Made by a program: the position numbers and the translations under genes. A stretch of DNA of 64,000 nt from an uncultured Clostridia bacterium (GTDB lineage: Bacteria; Bacillota; Clostridia; TANB77; CAG-508): assembly GCA_944392175.1 (NCBI GenBank), contig CALXVT010000003.1:1973-65972 (forward strand). The letters are read 5' to 3'. A model generated the notes under the pieces. That model was not told the DNA's origin. It worked only from the letters and a program-made list of their open reading frames with translations, and did no database searches. Below are positions 1 to 11,400 of this stretch, in pieces (position 1 is the stretch's first letter; every line of letters begins with the position of its first letter).

Positions 1-587
1 GGTTCAGCCAATTGATATGGATCCATATCTTCAAATGGATATTCAACTATTTCTCCTGAAACATCATCTCTCATATAACATTTTCCTGACATATCAATTA
101 TATATAAAAAGTCTGAATTAATCATTTCTTCAATTTGTTTTGAATATTCATTGTTTGATTTATTACTTATTTTAAGATATCCATTATCATCCACATGAAA
201 ATTATTAATTCCATTATTAGATAAAAGTTCTAAGAATAAATCTTTTGATTGTTTAGGAATCCATACTCCGGTACCAGTAGGAGCATCCTCTAATATATCA
301 TCAATTTCATTTTCTTTTGGCATACCATTTTTTAAAATTCCGGCTAAAACTGTTTCAAATTGTATTTTTGGTTTTATCTGTAATACTTCTCTTCCATCAT
401 ATTCAGTTTCTACTTGAAGTATATCTGTATCAGCTGTTGTATTCATCTCGTTTTTTATACTTTCAATTTTGTTAATATCATTATTAACGTCAACCTTATC
501 TTCATGAGAATTTGATGAGATAAATGCAATAATAAATATAATTAATATACAAATTATAATAATTGGTAAAATTTTTTTGATTTTCAT
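1..587 (-). CDS. Hypothetical membrane-anchored or secreted protein, truncated at window edge
   Basis: ATG at 587 with GGAGG RBS; reads MKIKKILPIIIICILIIFIIAFISSNSHEDK..., an N-terminal hydrophobic segment; frame stays open to position 1; absent from the ORF track. Confidence 0.8.
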   Translation of the reverse strand, partial: MKIKKILPIIIICILIIFIIAFISSNSHEDKVDVNNDINKIESIKNEMNTTADTDILQVETEYDGREVLQIKPKIQFETVLAGILKNGMPKENEIDDILEDAPTGTGVWIPKQSKDLFLELLSNNGINNFHVDDNGYLKISNKSNNEYSKQIEEMINSDFLYIIDMSGKCYMRDDVSGEIVEYPFEDMDPYQLAE

Positions 588-599
588 AATTCCTCCAAA

Positions 600-3500
600 T
601 TAAATATTATTTAACATCTTTATTGTAGCATTTATATATTTAGTAGAATATTTTTTACTCACAACTTGACTATGTTTAGTAACTTCTGGTAATTCCACTA
701 AACTAGATCTACCATTTTTCAAATTAGATCTCGCCCAGTTAACTAAATAACCTCTACCATATGTAGATATGTGTTTACTCATTCCAAATTGATTTCTGTA
801 ATATTTACCAATTTCATTATCACCTATAGTTTCATTAAGCCATCCATGTAAATCTACTAATACATTTTCTTTACCTTGATGATCTAGTAAGAAATCTCTT
901 AAAGCTTTGGCTTCATAAGCTTGGAATGCTGCTGTACCATTATAATTTCTGTTATCAGAATATTTAGTGTATCCGGTTGACCAATTTCTATTCATATCAA
1001 TTCCTTTATGCTTTGGAGCACTACTATATAAAGTTGTTCTTCCTGGACCATTATTTGTAGTTCCATATTTTTGTCCATCAGGATTTAAATTAGGGAATAT
1101 ATATATTGTCCATTCATTAACTAAACTTTCTGTTATATTACTATCTAGATATTTTTTAAATTCGTTTGCAATATATGTTAGCTCTTCACCATCATGGTCA
1201 TAAGAGTCCTCAAATCCATGTATAGAAAATGTTGCAAAATATACCTTGTCACCTTTTCCATATTTATAATATTTTAAATTAGTTCCTCTTTTATCTCCTT
1301 TTTTAACTAAACCTGATTGACCATATGTTCCTTCTTCAAAAAATTTTCTAAAACCTGTAACAAACTTAAATGCTTGTGCATTATTTCCATTTTGTACATA
1401 TGTTTGTACATTTGTTCCATTAGTTTTTTTAGCATCTACAACATCTAATAATTTGCCATTTTCTTTTGATACTAAATTATAATATCCATTTCCAACTTCT
1501 TTTATGTACCATCTTTGATTATTGGCTTTAGTATCAGCAGATTGTACAACATTACCATTAGATTGCATTGTTAAAACTTTTCCAGAATGTTTTGCTTTTA
1601 TTGAATACTCTTCATTTGTTATTGATGTAAATATAAATCTTTGTTGATTAACATTATCTGCTTCCCATATTTGAACATTTCCACCATCTTCTTTTGAAGC
1701 ACTAGAAACATCTAATACCATGTTAGAATCAAGTTTTGTTTCTATTTCATAGGTGTTGTCTTTTACAATATCTATTGGAGTGAACTTAAATTTTTGTGCA
1801 TTTGAACCATTTCCATAATAAAGTTGTACATTTTGTCCATTTTTGTTTGCAACTCCTCCAGATATATCTAAGTATAATCCATTTTTTACTGAAATTATAC
1901 TATAATATCCATTTCCTAGACTTTTTAGATACCATTGTTGACTTGAAGTATTATTTATTGCATATTGTTGTACATTTGTTCCAATTTGACAATCTCCATT
2001 CGCAACATCAATTGCTTTTGCTGAATGTATTGCATTAATTTGATAATAATTTGTCCCTTTAATTTTTGATACTCTAAATTTTTGTTGTTGCACTTGGTCA
2101 TTTTCCCATGTCTGTACATTTGCAGAATTATTATAGCTTCCACTAGAAACATCGATTACTCTATTATTTGTTAATACAATTTGATATATTCCTTCTTTAA
2201 AATTATTATCAATATCTTTTGTTGGAGTTAAATTTACCAAAATAAATTGCTGAGCATTTGTATCGTTTTCCCTATATAATTGCAATTTAGTACCATTATT
2301 AGTACTTGCATTTGGAAGATCCACATATGAATTTGAACTTTTAGATATTAAATTATAATATTCTCCTTGTTTTTTTATTATCCATAATTGTGTATCTAGA
2401 TTTTCATCATTTGCTTCATATATTTTAGTTGAATCATTTGAATTTACTGTTAATATTTTATTTGAACTTGGTATAATAATTTTATAATAACCATTGCCTT
2501 GATATTTTATTTTATATTTTTGTGTATTTGATAAAGAATCATCATTTATTTCTAAATTTCCATTCTTAAATGTTACAGCTTTTTTTCTATTTGCATTTGA
2601 TATTATTCTATATGTTCCATCCTCTACTGTTTGTGTTCCTTTTTCTTTAGAGCATTCGTCTAATTTGAATTTTTGTGATGCTGTGCCATTACTTTTATAT
2701 ACTTGTATACTTGTTCCAACTTTTGTATTTGCATTATCTACATCTAATACATAATTTGAATCCAATTTTGAACTAAAGGTATATGTTCCATCAGAATTTT
2801 TATTTATATACCATTTTTGTGCATCTGTTCCATTTGATTTATACTGCCATACTTTTCTTTTGTTTGCAACTTTTCCATCTTGAACATCCAATGCATTTAG
2901 AGAATTCCATACTTTTATTGTATATGTTCCATCACTTTCATTAAATTTAATTTCAAATTTTTGACTTGCTGTGTTTGCATTTTCACCTAATTTAAAATAT
3001 GTTTTAGCATTTCTACTGTTATTTGGAGATTCAATTAGTCTATTATTTGTTAATGTAGAATATATTTTATATATTCCATTTTCTACAATTTGATTCATAT
3101 TTATTAGTTTAAATTGTTGTGCATCAGTATCATTTTCTCGGTATAATTGTATTTTAGTTCCATTAGTAGTGCTTCCATTAGTTAGATCCATATATAAATT
3201 TAAATATTTAGAAACAAAACTATATCCATTCTTTTGTTTTTTTATTATCCATAATTGTGTATCTAGATTTTCATCATTAGATTCATATATTTTACTTGTA
3301 TTATCTTTTCCAGCTGTTAAAATTTTATTTGATTTAGCATTTATTATTTTATAATATCCATCACTTTGATATTTAATTTCATATTTTTGTGAATTATCAC
3401 TTAGTAAATCACTTAATTTTAATTCAGAATTGTTCATTGTTATTGCTTTTTTAGTACTTGCAGAAGAAACAATTTTATATGTTCCGTTTTCTATTGTTTT

Positions 3501-4124
3501 AGATCCTTTTTCTTTAGAGCATTCTTCTAATTTAAATTTTTGTGATGCTGTTCCATTACTTTTATAGATTTGTATACTTGTACCAATATTTGTATTTGCA
3601 TTATCTACATCTAATACATAATTTGAATTAAGTTTAGATTTAAATGTATATGTATTATCTGTATTTTTTTCTATATACCATTTTTGCGCATCTGTTCCAT
3701 TTGATTTATATTGCCATACTTTTCTTTTATTTGCAGCTTTTCCATCTTGTACATCTAGTGCGTATAAAGAAGATAATAATTTGATAGTATATGTATTGTC
3801 AGAATTTTTTGTGATTTGGAATTTCTGATTAGCTGTATTAGAATTTTGTCCTAATTTAAAATATGTTTTAGCACCACGACTATTATTTGGAGCTTCAATT
3901 AATCTATTACTAGCTAATGAAGAATAAATTTTATAAATTCCTTCTTCTAGTATTACAGAATTACTTGAAGTCTTAGCAATTTGCTTTTCATTTGATTCTT
4001 CAATAGTAGAAATCAAATCTTCCTCTACAACATTATTTACTTGAATTTCATTATTAGCATATGAGGTACATGTAAGAAGCAATAATATTAATGAAATTAT
4101 TAAATAAATTTTAGCTTTTTTCAT
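600..4124 (-). CDS. Secreted multi-ricin-B (beta-trefoil) lectin repeat protein with C-terminal M14 zinc carboxypeptidase domain
   Basis: Signal peptide; repeated QxW/QxF ricin motifs (NGTDAQKWYI, VLDV...QIY); C-terminal M14 motifs IHGFE, NLNPDG, GIDMNRNW, VDLHGW, VELP. Confidence 0.85.
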   Translation of the reverse strand: MKKAKIYLIISLILLLLTCTSYANNEIQVNNVVEEDLISTIEESNEKQIAKTSSNSVILEEGIYKIYSSLASNRLIEAPNNSRGAKTYFKLGQNSNTANQKFQITKNSDNTYTIKLLSSLYALDVQDGKAANKRKVWQYKSNGTDAQKWYIEKNTDNTYTFKSKLNSNYVLDVDNANTNIGTSIQIYKSNGTASQKFKLEECSKEKGSKTIENGTYKIVSSASTKKAITMNNSELKLSDLLSDNSQKYEIKYQSDGYYKIINAKSNKILTAGKDNTSKIYESNDENLDTQLWIIKKQKNGYSFVSKYLNLYMDLTNGSTTNGTKIQLYRENDTDAQQFKLINMNQIVENGIYKIYSTLTNNRLIESPNNSRNAKTYFKLGENANTASQKFEIKFNESDGTYTIKVWNSLNALDVQDGKVANKRKVWQYKSNGTDAQKWYINKNSDGTYTFSSKLDSNYVLDVDNANTKVGTSIQVYKSNGTASQKFKLDECSKEKGTQTVEDGTYRIISNANRKKAVTFKNGNLEINDDSLSNTQKYKIKYQGNGYYKIIIPSSNKILTVNSNDSTKIYEANDENLDTQLWIIKKQGEYYNLISKSSNSYVDLPNASTNNGTKLQLYRENDTNAQQFILVNLTPTKDIDNNFKEGIYQIVLTNNRVIDVSSGSYNNSANVQTWENDQVQQQKFRVSKIKGTNYYQINAIHSAKAIDVANGDCQIGTNVQQYAINNTSSQQWYLKSLGNGYYSIISVKNGLYLDISGGVANKNGQNVQLYYGNGSNAQKFKFTPIDIVKDNTYEIETKLDSNMVLDVSSASKEDGGNVQIWEADNVNQQRFIFTSITNEEYSIKAKHSGKVLTMQSNGNVVQSADTKANNQRWYIKEVGNGYYNLVSKENGKLLDVVDAKKTNGTNVQTYVQNGNNAQAFKFVTGFRKFFEEGTYGQSGLVKKGDKRGTNLKYYKYGKGDKVYFATFSIHGFEDSYDHDGEELTYIANEFKKYLDSNITESLVNEWTIYIFPNLNPDGQKYGTTNNGPGRTTLYSSAPKHKGIDMNRNWSTGYTKYSDNRNYNGTAAFQAYEAKALRDFLLDHQGKENVLVDLHGWLNETIGDNEIGKYYRNQFGMSKHISTYGRGYLVNWARSNLKNGRSSLVELPEVTKHSQVVSKKYSTKYINATIKMLNNI

Positions 4125-4139
4125 TATAAAAATCCCCCT

Positions 4140-4769
4140 TTATTTATAAATTTTATCTAAAACTAAGCTAACTTTTTGAATTGCTTGGCTAATATAGTTA
4201 TCAAACATATCATAAGAAATTAAAATTAAGTCTTTTTCTTTTAAATCAAATAGTTTAAAATTGTCTTTTATAGAAGCCTTAAGTCTTTCATCATCTGTAA
4301 AATCTATGAATTCTTGTTGAAGTTTTGATATATTTAAATCACATTTTTTTAATAGATATCTATCAATTATAGGATAATCAGAATAAATCGCGTTTCTGAA
4401 TTCTTCTTCACTATGAACAGATTTATCCTTTTTAAAAATAATTTTATCATCCTTTTTGTCTGTCATATAAGGAATACATGTACTGAACCATATCATATCT
4501 TCAATTAAATGTGAAATATATCCTTGCATCATTTGACTATGTGGTAATAAATTTTTATTTTCTTTTAAATAAGATTCAATATCAGGATAGTCACCTTCTG
4601 CTCCATATAAGATTCCATGTCTTAAATAATGTGTAATCGCTTTATTTTGTCCATCAATAGTTCTCGTTAAAACATCTGGCATTATAGCTCCATATAAAAA
4701 TTCATCATTTAAATTATACTTTTGCTTTAAAATATTTCCCATATAAATATGGCTAATTATAGAACTCAT
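4140..4769 (-). CDS. Zinc-dependent phospholipase C-like hydrolase
   Basis: N-terminal His, FLYGAIMPD, THY and GYISHLIED pattern typical of the Zn_dep_PLC-like family. Confidence 0.6.
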   Translation of the reverse strand: MSSIISHIYMGNILKQKYNLNDEFLYGAIMPDVLTRTIDGQNKAITHYLRHGILYGAEGDYPDIESYLKENKNLLPHSQMMQGYISHLIEDMIWFSTCIPYMTDKKDDKIIFKKDKSVHSEEEFRNAIYSDYPIIDRYLLKKCDLNISKLQQEFIDFTDDERLKASIKDNFKLFDLKEKDLILISYDMFDNYISQAIQKVSLVLDKIYK

Positions 4770-4844
4770 TTTTTCCTCCTTAGTACGATTTTATTATATA
4801 TTAAAGGGAAAAAAACTACAAGAATATTTATAAATATATAATAC

Positions 4845-4871
4845 AAAAATAGAGCATTCTGCTCTATTTTT
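4845..4871 (-). terminator. Intrinsic terminator overlapping the sipW stop codon
   Basis: AAAAATAGAGCA-ttc-TGCTCTATTTTT inverted repeat. Confidence 0.7.
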
Positions 4872-5460
4872 GATGACTTGCTAATTTTCTTCTTTTTTCC
4901 CTTCTAATTTCACTTTTTTCTGTTTTATTTAATCTATATAAATAGAATATTAAAATTATCAATATTAGTATTAGGAATATAATTTGATTTTCTAAGAAAT
5001 CTACAATTCTACCTAAATATGGAATACTTATAACTTTAACACCTTCAATTTGTGAAAAAGAAAGTTTTTCAAGATCTGGAATATTATTATTATCACCTTT
5101 TGTAATATAGCGTTTTTCTCCATTTGTTTCAATTATATCAATAATTCTATGTGTTACTATCTCACCATTTTTTCTAAAAGAGATAATATCACCGGTTTTT
5201 AAGTTATCTTCTTTTTTTACATTTTTAACAATAATAATATCTCCAATGTTTATGTTTGGTTCCATACTATTAGTGGTTATATTATATGCTTTGTATCCAA
5301 AAAAGCCGTTAAAATCATGTTTACTAATAAATGATATACCAACTAAAACTAAATTATATATCAAAATTATTAGTATAATATATAAAATTTTACCAAGCGC
5401 GTTGGCTCTTTTCTTTCTTTTTCTTATAGAATCTTCATCATATTTCATTTGTATCCTCAC
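4864..5460 (-). CDS. sipW: Signal peptidase I, SipW/ER-type (S26B)
   Basis: TNSMEP (Ser), VTHRI (His), TKGDNN motifs; N- and C-terminal TM helices; start abuts the stop of the giant upstream gene. Confidence 0.88.
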   Translation of the reverse strand: MRIQMKYDEDSIRKRKKRANALGKILYIILIILIYNLVLVGISFISKHDFNGFFGYKAYNITTNSMEPNINIGDIIIVKNVKKEDNLKTGDIISFRKNGEIVTHRIIDIIETNGEKRYITKGDNNNIPDLEKLSFSQIEGVKVISIPYLGRIVDFLENQIIFLILILIILIFYLYRLNKTEKSEIRREKRRKLASHQK

Positions 5461-8400
5461 TATTTAATAATTATATATTCGTATTCTTCTCCAATAAATT
5501 CATCATTGTCATATAATTTAAATACTAACTTATATGTACCTGTCATTAAATTGGAGTTAGTATTAAATTCAAAATTCATAACATCTTTAGGTGAATCTGA
5601 AAATAGATATTCGTTTTTATTTGTTGCTTCGTCTAAATTAATTGATACATAATCTGCTAAATCAACTAATTCATATTCCTTAGAATAAACAGTATCATAT
5701 TTTCTCCTATATAAAGAAACAGTTATATTTGGATTCTCTAGTCCAGATGAATATTCAACTGTTCCTGAAATTTTGTTTTCAGAATTTTCGTTTTGACCTG
5801 TATCTTTATTTATTATCTTATATTCATCACCTGTAGTAACTTTTAAACCAAATCTTGAATTTATAATTGTTAAATGTACTTCCGTACTATCTGAAGAATT
5901 AAGTCCATAATATATACCATCTGATGATCCGAAAGACTCAATTTTTATTGTATAATCACCTGTTGCAAGAGTAGTATTATTAGAAGTATTAATAATTATT
6001 TTTGATAATCCATTAGATACTTTATCAGCTATTTTTATTCTAGTTGTACCATCAATTCTTGGATAATAATTTACTCCATCTATAGTAAAATAAATTCCAA
6101 GCAAACTATCATTTTGGAGTACATTTCCATTTATATCAGTAAAAGTTAACTTTATACCCATTTTTTGATTAAAATATTGTGTATCATAAATTATTTTAGA
6201 ATCTGCTATATTTTGCGTAAAATCTGTAGTTACTTCTAGATTAATATCATTTCCTAAATAATTAACTTGATCTACTTTGGCAGAAACTCCTATAGTAGAA
6301 TCTTTGTCATTATATACACTATATCTCATAACATCTCTTTGAATTCCTAATACGCCAAGAATAGTTTGATTATCTTTGTTTCTAACTTCCATCAAAATAT
6401 TATTATCAATAAGATCTGTATTTAGATTAGTATCTTTAAAGTTTATTTGGAAAATAAAGTTTTCATATACTAAATCTTGATCTTTATTATAATATATCTG
6501 TCCTCTTTCACTTTCAGGATATTTTCTGTCAGTACTACCCATATAAATAAAATCATAAATATTATATATGTATTTATTATTCGCAACATCATCTGCTGAA
6601 ACTATGTAATAATAGTATTCATTTGTAACCATATCAAGCATTGTAATATTTGTTCCTTCTGGTAACACATAAGGTGTTCCAGATGAAGTTGTTGAGACTA
6701 ATACTCTTTCATAATTATTATAATCATCATAATAATCTGTTTCTGCAAAATTTTCTATGTATAAAGAAAAATATGTTGAAAATGAACTTTTATTAGTAAT
6801 TGATGTTTCAGTAGATGTAAATAATCCAAATTGATCACCAGGTGTAATTGCAGCTTCTAGATAATCATCTTGATATAATCTAGAATTAATAGATACAATA
6901 ATATCTATATATTTTATCTCATAATTTAAATCATCAACCGGAACTAGTGCTTGAAGCCTTATTCTAACTTCTCCTAAATTTCTTTCTTGAGTTAAGTTTT
7001 GAGAATGATATAAACAGAAATTTAATGTTGGAGTAAATGTAGAATTATCTCCATCATATCTACTACTTCCAGTATAACTACCATTATTTTCAGTTAAAAA
7101 TGTTGTTTCGCTAGGATTAAACCAACCATTATTTCCTGTGCTCATAGTTAATCCATATGTATTATCTGCCGCCTCGTCAGTATCAGCAATTGATGGTATT
7201 TGACTTGGATCTACTAGATTTACTCCATTTTGGAATCCTGCAGTAACACCTGTTATGTCGAACCTGATATTTGGTTCTGAGAAACCTATTAATGATAATT
7301 CATAAGTACCAAATGTTGCATATTTAGAAGCAATTAATGATACTTCAAAAACAGTTACATCTATTGCTTCTCCAACTGTCCAAATGTAGTAAACATCATC
7401 TTTTGGAGTAGTATCTACATAATTAACTTTTATTTTGCCATCATTGTTATAATTTGTATAAAAACCGTCAACTGTAATATCATGATCAGGTTTGTGTTGT
7501 GCTCTTACATATGAATTTGAAGAGAATAATCCAGGATTTGTTATTTCATCACCATTATTGTAATTAGGTGCATATAGTCCAGTACTTGAACTTGGTGTTA
7601 TTCTATTAGAATATATTCCAAAGAATGTCATTCCATTAACCACACCATATGCAGTAACTTGTTCATTTGTAGCTACATTTAGATTCCTTCCTTCTGCCAT
7701 ATATATTCTATTGTCAACATTTTTAACTGTATTTCCATTTTCATCAATTGATACAGTTGCTTTAACTTCTTGTCCATTTATATCAACTAAACTATCAAAT
7801 TCCCTTAATAAGTTTGCACCATAATCTAAATAAAGTACAGAATTATTTTTTAATTTTACATTATCTACTCTACTTATTGTATAGTAAGTATCTGAATATT
7901 CATTTGTTCTATCTGTTGCACCATCAAGCGAAATCGCTGAATTGGAAATTGTACAAGTATTTGTTCTTTGAATTGAAACATTATATTTTGGATCATCTGG
8001 TGTACCATAATTTTTAATATCTATCATACTTGTACCACTTGTACTTGAAGCATTTCCTGAACCAAAAATACTTCCATCTATATCAAAATTATCATAACCA
8101 TTTCCATCTATATAAATTTCTATTCCTTTAGTAACACTTATGAATGAGTAATCAAATATTTCAGAACCAGATTCATTTGCTTCTCCACCGCCAAAAACTG
8201 TTCCTCCAATATGAATATCACCCATTTCTAAGTTTTGATTATTTACTGCATCAAATCCAATACTTGTTTTAGTTGTACCATAAACAACTGATGTGTTGGC
8301 GCCACCATATACATTACCGCCAATTTCTCCTGAAACAATATTAACAGTACTTGAAGAAGTATCTACTCCCTCTTCCCCTGTTGCGGCTTTATTTCCACCA

Positions 8401-11400
8401 CCAAAAGCATTTTTAGCAATTTTAGTATTAGCTCCGTCAATAATTAAAACTGTATTCCCTTTTACAATAGCTGCAGAACCATTTCCACCTGCATATACAC
8501 TATTTTCTAAGTTTGAATTTTTAATATGAACATTAGCATTTTCTTGTACTATACCTTCATTTCCGCCACCATATACATTATTTGTAACTTGAGCATTCTC
8601 TACTAATACATCTGTGGAGGTTTCAATTTGTGCAAGGTTTCCACCGCCATAAACACTTCCAGTTACTTTTCCATTAATTATAACTTTTGTCTCCTCTGTA
8701 ATGGCTTCATTTCCACCACCATATACATCTCCTGCTGTTCCATTTGTATTTACTGTAACATTAGAAGTTATTGTGCTTCCACCCATATTGTTTCCACCAT
8801 ATACGGTGTCAGTTATACCTCCATTAATATTTACGTTAGTGGTTGGAACTGTTCCATTAGTATTAGAACCTCCAAATACTGTTCCAATACTTCCTCCATT
8901 CATATTAATTATTGACGTAACAACATTTGCAGAATATCCACCACCAAAAACATTCGGAATTTTATCTGAATTATTATTTACAACTATATTACTATTTTGA
9001 GTATCTGCTTGATTTCCTCCTCCATATATCGCAGAAGTAATCTTACCAGAATTTATTGTAATATCTGATGTAGTAGTTACACCACCAGCATTATTTCCTC
9101 CATAAATTGTTCCAAAAGTTCCTGAATCTATTATAATTTCGCTATTTGGAACATCTCCAGATTGGTTAGAACCACCATATACATTTTCTGCTTGTCCACC
9201 TTGTCCATATATATGTGGCTCAGTAACACCCGCTTGGTTACCACCACCATATACATTTGGAACATTATTTCCTGATTTTATTAAATATATTTCTGCTTTT
9301 TGAGTATCAACTTCATTACCACCACCATATACGGAGTCTGTAACAGAACCTCCATTTATAGTAACATTTGCATCTGTAGTGTTTCCTCCTACATTGTTTC
9401 CACCATATATTATTCCTACAATTCCACCTGTAGCATTTATATTACTTGTATTAATATTTCCTGTTTGGTTTGAACCACCATAAAGAGTTGTAGTATTTCC
9501 TCCTGTTACCAAAACATTTGTAGTCTCTACATCAGCTGAATTTCCTCCAGCAAAAACATCAGTATTTGTACCACCATTTATATTAACTGTTGAATTTGTA
9601 ACTTTTGCTTGGTTACCACCACCGTATACAGTGTTTTGAGTTCCTCCAATAATGTTTACTGTAGAGTTTCCTTGGATTTCTCCAATATTTCCACCACCAT
9701 AAATTGCTGCTGTATGTGTACCATCTAATATATTTATGTTTGTATTTCCTTCTGTTTTAGCTATATTTCCTCCGCCATATACTTCTGTTCCTAAATTAGC
9801 TGAAATATTAATATTAGATGTCCCTATTAATTTGGCCATTTCTGCATATCCTGAAACACCTGCACCTGCACCAAATACTTTTCCGTTTATTACTGGTGTT
9901 CCTGAAATATCTATATTAGAATTTCCTTCCATTTGTGCTATTTCTTGTTTATTTCTATAGTTGTAACCACAACCTGCTGCATATATCTCTCCATTTATGG
10001 TTGGATTTCCAGATATAGTTATATTACTATCACCATATAAAGAACCACCATCTACTGCAGTAACATTAGCGTTTAAATATTCTGTATATCCATAGCCACC
10101 ACCATAAATATTACCACCAACAGTTCCTCCTGTTAAGTTTATATTTACAGCTGTATCAAATTCTTCTCCGTAAGATTTATATGGATCTGAAGAATTCTCG
10201 CTATATCCTGTAACACCACCTGCTCCTGCACCATAAATATTGCTTATAATTTCTCCACCAGAAATATTAATATCTATTGTTCCATAATAATAAGAATCAC
10301 ATGTATTATCTGTAGCATTAGGTCTACCTACAACATCCATATTTCTACCTAAGCATCCGCCATAAAGTTCATCAACACTTCCACCTGTTACATTTATTTT
10401 TGCTGTACCTAAAAATGTATTATTAGGATAATTCCAAGGATTTCCCCAGCTTCCTGATGGAATAGTTGCAGAATCTCCTATACTTCCTCCTATTAAACGA
10501 CCAACTGAACCATTTTTTATATTTTGAACAACATTTGAATAATTATTTCCAGCTGCTGAACCACCTGTAAGTAAATTTACATCATAATCATAATTATCAG
10601 CTGTTGTACTATTTTGAATATCTATTGTAATTGTAATATTAAATGAATCCTCTTTAGAAGATCCCATAAAATCGTGTGAAATTGGTTGCCCTTGACCAGA
10701 AGATGTTCCTGGGCTTCCTCCACCAACAATTCTTCCATAAGTTCCACTTTTAATTATTACTTCAGCATTTTTTCTAGGCAAAGTACTATAATTATATTGG
10801 TTCCATCCACAAAATATATGAAATGCCGGTGCATTTCCTCCAAGTAAACCTTGGTTTGTATTTGAAGTTGCATAATTTTGCATTGTAATACCTTCACCCA
10901 TAGTTAAGCTATGTCCTTGTAAATAGAAATACATTTGGTCTCTTCCACCGTAAAAAGTTAAGTTTTGGAAAGTTGTATCTTCTGTAATATATCTATAATT
11001 ATATGTACCACTATAAAAATATAATATTCCATTATAATCTACATTACTATATTTTCCAGTAAGAGTTGCTTTTTTAGCATAAGTATTAGCATTATTTGAG
11101 CCTTCTTTATAGTTATAGATACTATTACTATCATATGTTCCCATAATAACTATTATATTAGAACTTCTAGTACCATCATTATCTAATTTACTATATGCCG
11201 TACTTAAATTTTGTACTGGGGTATCTGGAGAAAAACCATCATTTCTATCATTACCATTAGCATGATTACAATAAACTACAGTTCTATCTCCATATAAATA
11301 TTTTCCTTCAACTGTAAGAGCGGAAAACTCATTATTTGTTGCAATTAGCTTATACTCTGTTCCATATTCAAGATTATCTAAAGTTAAACTCGTTTCTCCT

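Noticed and set aside
8100-10550. Regularly recurring ccaccaccata-like motifs that could suggest a CRISPR array or DNA repeat
   Set aside because: They are codon-level echoes of the YGGG protein repeats inside an ORF, with variable sequence and spacing
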